From the human T2T-CHM13v2.0 reference genome, Homo sapiens, in the NCBI RefSeq assembly GCF_009914755.1, contig NC_060947.1: DNA of 64,000 nucleotides; one strand, 5' to 3'. Positions 13,857 through 26,297 of this stretch are shown here, in pieces. The translations under genes and the position numbers were made by a program. The first letter of the stretch is position 1, and each line of letters starts with the position of its first letter. The notes under the pieces were generated by a model that was given only the letters and a program-made list of their open reading frames with translations, was not told the DNA's origin and did not search any database.

Positions 13857-16129
13857 GCATGAAACACTACCATCCAGCCATCTGATGGCATGGCCATTTG
13901 CTAAATAGTTGCTCACAAAACGTCTGAGTCCAGAAATCACTATCTCCCATTCTGTGAGCACTTCTGAGTGCACTATATTAAAAACTGGAGTTAATAAGAA
14001 GCAAAAGAAAGTAAAATTTAATAATGATAGTGTCCATGCCAAGAAAGAATAAAAAATATAAAAGGTAAATTAAATAAGAGATTATGATTATAACTGCTCT
14101 CGCTTTTAAAAAAAAATATTTAAAACACCATGATTCCTACTCAAGTTGCTTTTGAGAGACAGAGAGAGACTGAGCAACCTTTCTTTTCCAGCTCAAGGTA
14201 TTTCCCTAAAAGAAGCCCAGCTGCATGAAATATATAGGCGTCATTTTAGCAATATATCTTAATTTATTTATAAAGGGCTACATTCTGATCAGGACACCCT
14301 TCCTATCCTTCCCTTCCATATAATATTTCCCACATTAAACTGCTAAAGAATACAAAAGTAATAAGAACAGGAATCATGCGCACAGCTTGCTGTCTACATG
14401 GAGAGTTTATACTCCACTGGCTTCATCAACATAACTTTACTAATACAGCAATCTCTTGCCTAGGAAAATAAAAGTTTCAAAGAACTTTACTGTTCATTTC
14501 AGCAACTGCCTGAAAGATCCATCAACTCTTCAGTCAAAAGTGTCAAATGACATTTTTCAATCCCAAAACTCATTGAACTGTTGCCTAAAAATCTTTGTCT
14601 TCTTGGCTCCACCAACCCTAAATCATTATGATTCCTACCTAACTCTAACCAAACAATCCCCCACTTTAAAAGACCCACTGTACACCAGATTTCAAAATCA
14701 GAATAAATATACTGAAATCCCTTCAACGTCTGATGTGCTAGTGCCTCAGTCGAGGTAGTGCTCTCCCTTACAGCATTATGCAAATAATGTCAGCCCTGTC
14801 ATATGAACAGGCTATTTGGCTGATATTTGGAGAGTACAGTATATGATCCATTTAGTCACCACTGCTTTGCATCATGTCACAGTAGACTGCGCCTAGATCT
14901 TGTCATCAATATGTATGTATATTTCTGAATCAAAATACATGATCTGAATGACCTACAGGTATATTCAGGCAAATCAGTCACTAGCCCAGAGATTTAAATG
15001 TGCAATAACACATCCTCCGAAAAAAAACTAAGCATGTGTGAATATATTTAGTCTGCAGAAGAGTTTATTCCATTACATTCATTAGAAGCATGGCAGAAAA
15101 CTGAGAACCAGAGGGAAAAAGTGACTAATCAAAGCATTTATAAAAATTGGTCAAGGTGGGATGATAGCTTGAGCCCAGGAATTCAAGACCAGCATGGCAT
15201 CAGACTGAAACAACGTTCTAAAAAATAAATTAATTGCTCAGGTGTGGTGTTCGCACCTGTAGTACCATCCACTTGAGAGGCTTCAGCATGAGGATTATTT
15301 GAGCCCAAGAGACCCAGACTTCAGTGAGGTATGGTCATGCCACTGCCATCCAGCCTGGGCGAGAAAGCCATACCCCGTCTGAAAAAAAAATTTATAAATA
15401 AAGATATAAAAATAGTTTATTTCTTTCACAACAGGCTTTTCTGAGACACATCTTCCATTAAGGGTGACATAGGACTGTGTGTTCCCAACGTTTCTCAATG
15501 CATGAGATTGTTTGGGCAAAAAAAAAACAAATGCTCTCTTAAGTCCCTTTATTTCCACTACAAACACCCTGTGGATGCGAGTACGAGAACAGCAGGAAAA
15601 CCACGGTCAGCCTGCAAGTGGCAGACTCAATGGGCATGCTCCCTGCTAAGCAAGTTCCGGCTGCCCATGTGCCTTGCTGTCTGTCTTCTATCCCTGCAGA
15701 GCTGTGGAAGGAAACGTCATGACTTCTTTCTTGCCAACTATGACACAGCAGGTAGGTCAGCAGACCAGTCCTCCCAGAAGTTGAAGTGTCTGAGTGTGAG
15801 GGAAAGCAGAAAGGCTTCCCGTGGTTTGGACCACTCGGTCCATGGCCTCATATAGGTTGTCATCCTTCTACTAAAAGGCAGCGACATCACCATGGCCTTG
15901 CTGTTGTGGGGTCCTGGGCAGGGGAGGAAGTAAGGGCATAGAGGGGAGGAGGGTCAGATGAACACGGAATGAGTTGAAGGGTGACATTATTTGCAGTATT
16001 TCAGTCTCAGAGGCATAAAAAAACCACACAGAGAGGATGGATTCCAAAGTCCTTAGTGGGGGACCTTGGAAGGAGCAGAGAACAGGGCACGGGGGGACAC
16101 TGAAGGGGCAGTGCAGCTCTTAAGGCAAG

Positions 16130-16760
16130 AGGCGACCTCACTGCGCATGCTCCTTGGGTGCCTCCTTAGTGCGCATGTTCATTGGGCACCTTGCCATTGG
16201 CCCTTCGCCCACCCGGGAGCTGTGATCCTGCACTTCGGGTCCCTGAGGTCTGGATTCTTTCTCCCCTACTGAGACGCAGCCAGTAGGTCCACAGGCCGAT
16301 CCAACTGGGAGTTGAAGTGTGAGTGAGAGTGCGGAGGAGCCAGCGGGCTTCCGGAGGGTCGGGGCGCGTGATTGGTGACTCCGAGTGAGAAGGGCCTTGA
16401 TGTCGTCGTCCTTCTCGTGCGGCCCCGCAGCTATGGGCCTTCTTGTCTTGTAGGGGTCAGGACGAAGGAAGAAGGAGGGCTTCGGAGTGCGACGGGGGTT
16501 AGGTGAAGCTGGGGCAATGCTGGGGTGCTGTTGGTGGTATTCCAGTCCCAGAAACGCCTGGAACTCCCAACAGAGGACAAATTCCAGACTCCTCAAGGGA
16601 CATCAAGGCTGGAATGTCGTGGACGGTAAGGAAGGGGCCTAGAAAGTGGGAACACTCCGGACTGGTGACCGCCACCCCAAGGTTTGTATAACGAACCGCA
16701 GAGGTGCCCGCCCGGTGAGGACTGCCCAGTGCTATGTGGCAACTTCTCAACCCCATCTTG
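16130..16760 (+). promoter_or_regulatory. XAGE5: XAGE5 CpG-rich promoter and non-coding exon 1 (~16210-16282), with NRF1-like motifs
   Basis: Locally CpG-dense. TGCGCATGC at 16142-16150 and TGCGCATG at 16170-16177. GAGE/XAGE-type exon 1 ending ...CAGCCA|GTAGGT. Confidence 0.7.
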
Positions 16761-17167
16761 GAAGTTCGAATGGGTGGAAGGGGCTATGCATTCCAACAAA
16801 ACTCGATTTTAGGGGGGAAACGGGCCTAGCAAATGGGTGTGTGACAAAAGCCATGGGCACTTTAATTTTAATTCTCAAGCTGTATTTTCCTAAATGTCTC
16901 ACGATGGAGAGTCCAATTGCGAAACCAAACCTCATTGGAAATACCGTGTGTCTCTTGCCATAAGCCCTAAGGATTGCTCAGCTAGCTTGACGAACATAAG
17001 TGGCTGTACAAGTATTCGATTCAGAAGGCATACACACTTATACATGCCCTCTGACTTACTTTTCAATGTCTTACCAAATTTTTAAAAATTGCAAGTTAGC
17101 ATTTGGCCATGGAAGTGCTCAAGTGTGGTATACACTCAGGTGCATTTTTCCAATCACAATATTCTGG

Positions 17168-17446
17168 TTTTTGCTTTGGTTTGGTTTGGTTTTTTTGAGA
17201 CAGAGTTTTGCTCTTGTTGCCCAGGCTGGAGTGCAATGGTGCAATCTCGGCTGGCTGCAACATTCGCCCCCCGGTTCAAGTGGTTCTCCTGCCTCAACTT
17301 CCCGAGTAGCTGGGATTACAGGTGCTCGCTACCACACCCAGCTACGTTTTTGTATTTTTAGTAGAGACGGGGTTTCACCATTTTGGCCAAGCTGGCCTCG
17401 AGCTTCTGACCTCAGGTGATCCATCCCCCTCAGCCTCCCAAAGTGC
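17168..17446 (-). mobile_element. AluS in XAGE5 intron 1, abutting the exon-2 acceptor
   Basis: Reverse Alu, slightly 5'-truncated; TSD-like cacaatattctg / cacactattctg. Confidence 0.9.
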
Positions 17447-17472
17447 ACACTATTCTGTTTGCAGACTGAAAT

Positions 17473-17544
17473 ATGAGTTGGCGAGGAAGAAGATATAGAC
17501 CAAGACGATGTTTACGACTTGCTCAGCTGGTTGGGCCTATGCTT
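17473..17544 (+). CDS. XAGE5: XAGE5 coding exon (exon 2)
   Basis: ttgcag|ACTGAAATATG...CTT|gtgagt. Confidence 0.9.
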
Positions 17545-20500
17545 GTGAGTGACTTCACATTCGATTTTTTTCTACTAGCAGAAATTTTTTTGTGTGGTAG
17601 TTATTGTTGAACTAGTATAGATACACTGATAAAGGTCTCCCATGTTGATAAAAAATGATCATGGCATCTCATGAAGGAAAGAGTAACCCAAGAAGACTAC
17701 ATACTGTTTTTGCCTGGATGTGTGAACTTGTGTTCCTCGATTTCACTGGTGATTTCCTCTTCATGCTTATTCATAGCACATTACACCCATTCAACCCAAC
17801 ATAAATTAAAATGGCTTCCAACGCCATTGAGGGTAACGGTCTCAGAGTAACCTCTCTATGGGAACAGTAACTTAATGAAGAATAAGTATGTGGAATCGTT
17901 TTGGGATAGTGTAGGAGCATGTCTTTAAACATGCATATGATCAGAAGTATCTGTGTAATCTGTATATTCATATTATTGACATGCATTGATAAGAAAAATT
18001 TTTTATCTCCACACACACACACCACCACCCCCGCCCTTGTCCCAGGAGCCCAGTGTGCCAGAGCCTCAACAAGAAGAACCACCAACTGAAAGTCAGGATC
18101 ATACACCTGGTCAGAAGAGAGAAGATGATCAGGGTGCAGCTGAGATTCAAGGTGCTGGGAAGGGAAAGAAGGAATGTCTATGGGGGGAGGAGGCCTGTGT
18201 GTGCATCACGCCTTATGCCATGACCAGTAACAGGAGGAAAGAAAGCAATAGGAAAGGATCTCAAACATTTGCTGAGAGTTTTGCAAGAGGCTGGAAATGT
18301 GATGGGTATAGTTTGCAGCTTCCTGCAGTCCCTGGATATGATGAATCTTCTCTTTTTCTTTGAGATGCATTTTGTATGCTTGAAAATATAGTCCTTCCTA
18401 AATCAGATGAAACCGTTTAATTGGTTGTATAAAATGTACATTATTTCACCAGTTTAACTTGATATTCTTAGGATGTTGCAGTGAGATCCTCTCAGCCATG
18501 GTGTTCACAGTGTTGTAAGCACCCTTTGATAGCATGTGGAGTGCCAAGTCACCCTACCATATAACATCCCAAATAAAGCCCATTTGCAAAGGGATGTTAA
18601 CCTCATTTTATAAATAAGAAAACTGAGGCCGGGCGTGGTGCCTCACCCCTGTAATCCCTGCACTTTGGGAGGCCGAGGTGGGCGGATCACTTGAGGTCAG
18701 GAATTCGAGACCACTGTGGCCAATGTGGTGAAATCCTGTCTCTACTAAAAATATACGAATTAGTTGGGCATGGTGGCACTCACCTGTAATCTCAGCTACT
18801 AAGTAGGCTGAGGCAGGAGAATTTCTTGAGCCCGTGCGGCGGAGGCTGCAGTGAGCCAAGATCGCGCCACTGCACTCCAGCCTTGGTGACACAGCGAGAC
18901 TCCATCTCAAAAAATGAAAATAAATAAATAAGAAAACTGAGGCTCAGAGATAGAGGCTTACCAAGAAAACTTGACTCATGGAGAAGGAATTCATATTTTG
19001 TTCCAAGGTGTGCATTCTTCCTGCCATCTATTTTAGAAAATGTGAATGATTTTGCTTAAAAATGCTTAATACTCAAATGTGTCTGTACTATAAGGTACTT
19101 CGATATTGGCTCAGGACAAAACGCAGTTCAGTGAAACAGGATAGCAACTCCAGAAAAGAGGTCAATGAATGACAGCCACTGTTTCCTTTGATGTACATTT
19201 TTGACAGCATGTTTCGTAAAAGGTGGATAATTCAGGATGTTGGCGTGCAGGTAACTGTGTTAATAGGATATGGAAGGGGCTTTTAAAAGTTGTTTCAATA
19301 TTTTTATAATTAGAAAACTCCAAGTAGAATAAGATTATCGTGAAACAGAAATTGTTTTCACAACGGATAGCATTTTCAAACTAATCAGAGACAGAATTTG
19401 GGCCATGGATTATTTTAGCAATTCACTGTTAAGGGGTTTCCAGAATATGACTGTCAACAATGCTCATTAATTTCTTTGCACTTCAGTTCCCATACTCTCA
19501 CTGGAAGACAGTGATTTTGCTGTTATATTTCGTACTTTTTTTCTTAATGACATTCATGTATGGAAAGTCACATATAGGGCCTTTCAACCTAAGAATTACT
19601 TTAATAAAGTTTAACCCCAACATTTTCAAGATACCTCAACAGGGGATGAGTGTCAGGACCATAAGATTTGTCATAAGCTCACCAATACATTGATCTAATC
19701 CTTCAGAAAATTACATTTAAGTTATGATTAAAATGCTATCCGTGAGGCCGTCTTCAGTTTTCCTAGGTAGCTGTGTGTTTATAATACACATTAGTAAAGT
19801 ATGGGAAATGTAGGTGTGCTGAGACTTATCCTCAGATTGTCATTTAAGATAAGATATCATAATACAGGAAAACAAACATTTATTACCACAGTAGCCTCTA
19901 GGCTTTTATTGCACAACACTGAGGAAAAGAATAGGATCATCTCCTTATTTATCATTCTGGTTTGGCTGCTCCAGTCCATATCCTTGGTATTTTTCAGTGC
20001 CTAACCTGGAAGCTGATCTCCAGGAGCTGTCTCAGTCAAAGACTGGGGATGAATGCGGAGATAGTCCTGATGTCCAGGGGAAGATTCTGCCAAAATCAGA
20101 GCAATTTAAAATGCCAGAAGGAGGTATGTTATCCATTAAGATTAAAAATTATGTGCTTTCTGTATTACACAATATTATACTTTTGATAATAAAAGGAGAG
20201 AATATTACTGCCCCTTTAGAAATAGAGTTCAAATGCAGACTTTCTTTGGAAGGTAATTCAGACCCCAGAAGCCTGACTGCAAAGCTGAAACACTATCAGA
20301 TACAGACACAAATTGGGTGAAAGCCATATTGAACCATCAAATAGGAAAGCATTTTCTTACTTCTGATTATAACCAACAGCTAACAATTTTCAGATTATTT
20401 TGTAATTTCTGCTTTTCACAAATATATAATACACTCGTAATACCTCTTTGTGTGAAATATGCTGATCCCTGAAGAAGATTCTAGTACCAGCTCTAACATA

Positions 20501-23119
20501 ATTTGTGAGATTCTGGACAAATCACATAAATCCAACACCCATTTTTGCTTTTATTGAAAGTAGTGAATGCACATCAGATAGATTAAAATCCATTTCATTG
20601 CTGATTTCTACATGCTCTGGTTCTGTTGGAGAGAATACAAAGATATTCGGATTTTCATGATTTGTTTATCATAACGATCAGCTTCAGTCCAATTGTAATA
20701 TCTGAGTTGAGATTTCATTGCTCCTAAGAAAACGAGCAGGCACTCTGCTTGATGTTTGTTTTTCCATAAGGAGACCTTCATGAGTGTTCTTGGATTTTGT
20801 CAAATCCTGAATTCTCTCAGGCTCTTAAACAACTATTGTTTTATTTATTTTTGTTTGTTTTTGTTTTGTTTTTTTCGGACGAGGTCTCGCTCTGCCGCCC
20901 AGGATGGGGTCCAATCTTGGTTCACTGTGACCTCCGCCTCCCGGGTTCAAGCGATTCTCATGCCTTAGCCTCACATGTATTTGGGATTACAGGTGCGTGC
21001 CACCACGCCCAACTAACTTTTGTATTTTTAATAGAGACGGGGTTTCACCATGTTGGCCAGTCTGGGCTCGAACTCCTGACCTCAAGTGATCCACCTGCCT
21101 TGACCTCCCAAAATGCTGGGATTACAGGTGTGAACCACCTCCCTCACCGGACCCAATGATTGCATTTGCAGGAACCTACTGGACATTCAGACCATACATT
21201 CAGACCATTCCCGCAGTGAAGCCTTGAATGACTGAATAATAAAATGGAAAGAGACAGTCAAGTTTTTGTGGCCCATGAAGTAGGGAACATGCATGTAGGT
21301 CAGTGATGCTCAAAATGGTTGGAAGATGCCTGCGCTAAGCATGCTCCCTACCCTTCTGTCAATCGTCATGAGCTACTGTGTGTAATTAGATTGAAGACAC
21401 ATATGGTAACCTCTAAACATATCAGAGGTTATATATTACAGGTTTCTGCCTTGAGTCATCAGATGATATGATTTAAAGGTCAAAGACTATAACGTACTAA
21501 GTCCTGAGTAGTCCACAGAAGTATCTTTTACACATGTTTTCCAAATTCCTGACTTAATTAGAACTTCTGAATTTAAAGGATGCACTGCATTTTTAGGGGA
21601 GAAATTATCTAAATGTTTTACTCCACACTTCTGAACCACTCCATTAGACTAATTACATCAATAGATAGTTTGTAGACGATTTCCAGGAGCCTACTGAACA
21701 AGCCTCAGTTGTATTCTTAGGACAGTCATAGCGTTAAATGCATATCTTATTAAAATAGATAACAAATTACATGATACAAGAAAATAATACTAAGACATAA
21801 AAAATAATAAAAGAGTCACAGAATAAACTTAAGGGAAAAGGAAGCAGGCAGTAAATGAAAGGTATGAATCATTAACAAAAGGAAAACTAATCCAAAAGTA
21901 ATACATTTAATAGATCGTTCTTTTGAGAAATAGGTAGGAAGACAGCATCCAGTAGATTAAACAATCTTGAAAAAAATGGAAAAAGCACAACATGGAATAT
22001 GAACAAGACCCAGATATTGAATGTAAGGCATAATTGAAAGTGAATACATTCTTAAACACTAATATTTTCAGAGTATGGATGAAATGGTTGACATGCTAGG
22101 GATGCCTACATTATTTAATATGTCCCTGCAATACCTGAATATCTGAACGCCACAAAGACTGTGCATGAACTTGTGAAATTTGCTAGTCGTCCCTCAAAAA
22201 CAGTTACTTTTAGAAGCAAATATTTAGCTTTTCCAGATGTCTTACTCTCCGTTTTCATTTCCCTCTCCATCCATTTCTTCTTTTTTTTCCACACTGGTTA
22301 TGATATATAACTCTTTCACATTTTAATATCAATCATGATCTTGATACCTTAAAACTTATATGACCATTTAATTAATTGTACAAACGGGAATAGTTTCCAG
22401 TGAAAAAAGTGTCATTATTCATATTGACATGAGGACTATAGGTGAAAACTGGATGCAAATGGTTAGTGTATGTTAAAAAAGAACAAAGAAGGGTAAACTA
22501 GCTCAAAGCAATATCACAGCACTTCTTCACGATAGAGAAAAAACAAATGCAATACTGGTCTTTCTATTCATTCCACTTATGTATTTCCTAATGTGACATT
22601 AACTGTTTTCTCAAAAGATGGTTTTCAGACTATTTGTAGGAACCTATTGGACATTCAGACCATACTCTCAAGCCAAAACTTTAAATTATGCATTTTTTCT
22701 GGAGGAATTTTTTTTTCAGAAATTCCTTCTGTTTCTTAGGTTTTTTGTGTTCTCGTTGTATTTTGAGTAAACTCTACACAATGTTTGCCATCTACTTTAA
22801 GCCCCTTTTGATAGATGCACTTGATTTAATGTGATCTGACCTCAGACTGTCTTTTGGTTTCCTTCTAGCACTAAAAGCAGGGTGTGTTTTAAAAATGTTG
22901 CTAATGTATATGTTTGGAAGTGTATCCTCAAAGTCTCTACAGAGGTCTAGTTGAATATTAGCCGTAGGGAGACTCTTCAGATTCTGGTTTTAGTCCACTG
23001 TATAAAACTAAACCTTTGGTGTCCTTTGCATACCTTTAATTTCATCTGAATACAGTTCTGCTAGTAATGTTCCCTCCTGTTATGTTTCTATTGCAGGGGA
23101 AGGGAAACCACAGCTTTAA
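17473..23119 (+). CDS. XAGE5: X antigen family member 5 (GAGE/PAGE/XAGE family), 108 aa; join(17473..17544,18046..18151,19998..20123,23097..23119)
   Basis: Spliced translation [108 protein letters not shown]. All introns are GT-AG with consistent phases. Confidence 0.93.
18046..18151 (+). CDS. XAGE5: XAGE5 exon 3
   Basis: cccag|GAGCCC...CAAG|gtgctg. Confidence 0.9.
18628..18930 (+). mobile_element. AluS in XAGE5 intron 3
   Basis: Full dimer; TSD aagaaaactga. Confidence 0.92.
19998..20123 (+). CDS. XAGE5: XAGE5 exon 4
   Basis: ttttcag|TGCCT...GGAG|gtatgt. Confidence 0.9.
20840..21155 (-). mobile_element. AluS in XAGE5 intron 4
   Basis: Reverse Alu consensus. Confidence 0.9.
23097..23119 (+). 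CDS. XAGE5: XAGE5 exon 5, coding part
   Basis: ttgcag|GGGAAGGGAAACCACAGCTTTAA. Confidence 0.88.
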
Positions 23120-23181
23120 ACGAAGACAACCAAAAGAATGCAAACTGGATTTATCCGAGATATTTGACTTTTAAAAATCTC

Positions 23182-23187
23182 AATAAA
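23182..23187 (+). terminator. XAGE5 polyA signal AATAAA
   Basis: 62 nt after the stop codon, followed by T-rich sequence. Confidence 0.8.
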
Positions 23188-23266
23188 GTTTTCCAGTTTT
23201 CTCCAAAGAAGTATCACACATCTTTTGTTCATTTATTCTCGCATATTAGACCCTATTGGAAATTTT

Positions 23267-23560
23267 GGCCAGGTGCAGTGGCTCATGCCTGTAATCCAAG
23301 CACATTGGGATGCTGAGGCAGGAGGATTGCTTGAGCTTGGGAGATTGAGACATGCTTGGGCAACATGGCAAAACCCGCTCTCTACAAAAATAAATGAATG
23401 AATGCATGAATATATGCATATATGTATGTAGGTGTAGTCCCAGCTACTCTGGAGGCTGAGGTGGGAGTATCCCTTGAGCCTAGGAGGTCAAGGATGCAGG
23501 TAGTCATGTTCATGCCACTGCAACTCCAGCCTGGGTGAATGAGACTCTGTCTGTATAAAA
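23267..23560 (+). mobile_element. AluJ-like
   Basis: Diverged dimer with expanded middle A-rich linker. Confidence 0.85.
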
Positions 23561-23608
23561 AATCGTATCATTTTTGCAACTTTGTATTCTGATTGAGCTG
23601 GTATACAC

Positions 23609-24030
23609 GTGTGATATTGTGAAATATATATATTTGGTCCTGGACCCTGCTTACTGTCATACAACTCCTACAGGTTTTAGAATCGCCTCATAGTGACGTC
23701 TTTTTGTATGCTAGTGAGTTGACCATTGACTGGCAGCTCCTAGGTAGCTCTAGGATAGGGGATTAGAGGGTTGGCACTTTCAGCCACATCCCCAACCTTC
23801 AGGACAGGGAGAGGGGCTGAAGGTTAAGTTGATTGCCAATGGCGGGCCAACAGTTTAGTCAGTCATGCCTATATAATGAAAACCTCCATCAAAACCCAAA
23901 AGGACAGGGTTCATAGAGCTTCTGCCTAGCAGAACACATGGAGGGTAGCATGCCCGTAGAGGCCATGGAAGCCCCCTGCCTCTTCCTTCTATTCCTTCCC
24001 CTATGTATCTCTTTATCTGCATCCTTTGTT
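23609..24030 (+). mobile_element. LTR fragment (MER21-like)
   Basis: TGTGATATTGTGAAATATATATTTGGTC start and LTR-like body; appears truncated. Confidence 0.55.
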
Positions 24031-24068
24031 AGGATATCCTACTTTCCACAAAATATGTGAGAATTCCC

Positions 24069-26297
24069 CAGGCTGTAGAGCTGGATGAAAGAACTACAGC
24101 CTAGGCAGAAGAAAGGGGAAAGCAACTAGGGCAACTTGCTGAAGCAAAATTACTTGGATCCTACCTACACTGTCTCCTTACAGGCGATGGCATGACATAG
24201 CCATGGGTGTAAGAGCCATCCTGCCTCTCAAACACTGGCCTTGAGATGGTGGGCAGGATACTTACATCCTGTGGGACTGTTTCCCCATTTTAAAGTTGAA
24301 ATTAGAATATTTAGACTAAATACTTGCTATGAAGAATAAATGAAATAACATACAATGCAGGCATTACATTGCAGATAAATTTACTAGTTATCTTTCCTTA
24401 ATCCCTTTAAAATTTCAAATGTTTTCATTCCATTTTTCTTTACAACTACACCTCTAGTATGTGATAACTGCTTTGGAATTGCAAGTAGGAATATCAGTCT
24501 ACCTTTTTAAATGCATTTGACTTCAGAAACTGATTTGATGTAAATATGTAAATTAAATAGCAGTGTAGCTGGCATCAGACATGGCATTGATTCTGAAGTT
24601 GATTTGTAAATAACCGAGGTGTGACAAGGCCAACCCTATGTCAGTACTATGTGCTGAAAACTTGTTTGGTGTGTGTGAAGCCATGAAGAATAAGTCTATT
24701 CCGGTCAGTCAACACCACAGAACTCAATATCATCGTGTGTCAAGAGCTCAGGCAGTCCCTAAGCAGCCCTGTGGTGGCTAATGGGGCCACAAGGATCACC
24801 AGTGCAGTTGTAATTTTGTCTTGTCATATATTCATAGATTTGGTGGGTAAAAGACAATGAGCCCAAATGGATCAAAGTGGTTGATTACTTGCAGACTCAG
24901 CAAAAGCAAGATTAACATCGTGTCAGCACTGTGTCCCTAGTCCTACAGTACCACACTGAATCGGAGTTACTCAGTGACAGCACAGATGGTGGGTCTCTCT
25001 GCCTGTGAGGAGCCCACAGTCATAGCATAAGGCCAATTTTGAAACCACACTGAATCCTGAACCCCAGATCACACCTGACCAAGTTGCAACTATGGGACAG
25101 CAGGGGTGACCCAGCTCCCGAACATCTCACACAGAACACCTTAGGGATGTCATCCATGCTTGTGAGGAGGAGGAACCTGTGTCAATGACTACCCTGAACT
25201 GGCTGCCTGCTGACAGCTCCCGTAAACCAAAGATGCAAATCAGTTGTTTGGACTGGACAAGGAACCCTAGAGGGAAAGGTCCCTTAATGGGAGGCCACAT
25301 TGGGGGCCTTGGCCAGCTCCTACCTGACGAATGTATGTCCTGCTGCGGGTGCCCTAACAAGGGTAAAGTCTTGTTGTCCAGGGGTATCACCTGTGCCCTC
25401 TGGGATTGTTCTTACCTATATGCCCTGACTATCCCATCACTGCCTCATCCCTGGAAGGCATTCACATCAGCTTCAGCTTCCTGTCCATAGTTGCGCTGAG
25501 CCTGAAATGCTGGCTTGGGCTGGATAAAAATGGTTAATACAGAATCTTAGTTAGGAAGTCACCTGCCTTTGTCAGATGGACCTTCAGCATTAATAGGATT
25601 CGTATAAGATGGATGTGATGGGAAATTTGATGTGTCAACTTTGCTACGCCACGATGCCTGAGAAATGTTCACTTTGACCACAGTAGATGTATCCATGAAG
25701 TGTTTTCTTTACATGAAAACTAGCATTTAAATCAGCAGACTTTGGGTAAACCTAATTGCCCTACCCAATGTGGGTGGGCCTCCTCCAGTTCCTTGAAGGC
25801 CTTCAGAGAAGAAGACAGGGGTCCTCCACAAGATGAAGAAATTCTGCCTCCACACTGCCCTCGATTTGAGCTCTCATATCACCTCTTCCCCGAGTCTCCA
25901 GCCTGACATCCTGCTCTGTGAGATTTGGACTTGCCAGTCACAACACTTCCATGGGCTAGGTCTTCAAACTCAGTCTCTCTCTCTCTCTCTCTCTCCACCC
26001 ACCCACCCACACGTGCACACACACACACACACACACACACGCGCGCGTGCACGCGCAATGAGGAACCCTAACCAATAGGCTGCATATGTCTGGGACCCTT
26101 AAAGGGCATAACTGAGATCAGTACTGCAGGTTGGTCTCACTCTGCTGCATGGCTCCTAAAGCAGAGGCCTGTGGCATTCCCCTCCCGCCCTCTGCAGACT
26201 GACATCCACGTGACTTAGGGTTTGGTCATCCAACCATGTAGAGATCACTACAATTCCACAAGTGTTCCCTGCCCTCCTTCTGCATGTGAGGTCCTCT
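24069..26297. repeat. ~2.2-kb segment duplicated in inverted orientation at ~57886-60112 (ERVL-internal-like DNA + MLT2-like LTR + CA repeat)
   Basis: For example, 26095 gggacccttaaagggcataactgagatcagtactgcagg is the reverse complement of 58072-58110. Colinear similarity runs throughout. Confidence 0.88.
25614..26075 (+). mobile_element. Old MLT2-type LTR with (CT)n/(CA)n tract
   Basis: TGTGATGGGAAATTTGATGTGTCAACTT...GGAACCCTAACCAATA. Confidence 0.7.

Noticed and set aside
26010-26056. (CA)n(CG)n Z-DNA-prone tract
   Set aside because: Common microsatellite within an MLT2-like LTR; its paralogue at 58144-58187 is explained by the duplication.
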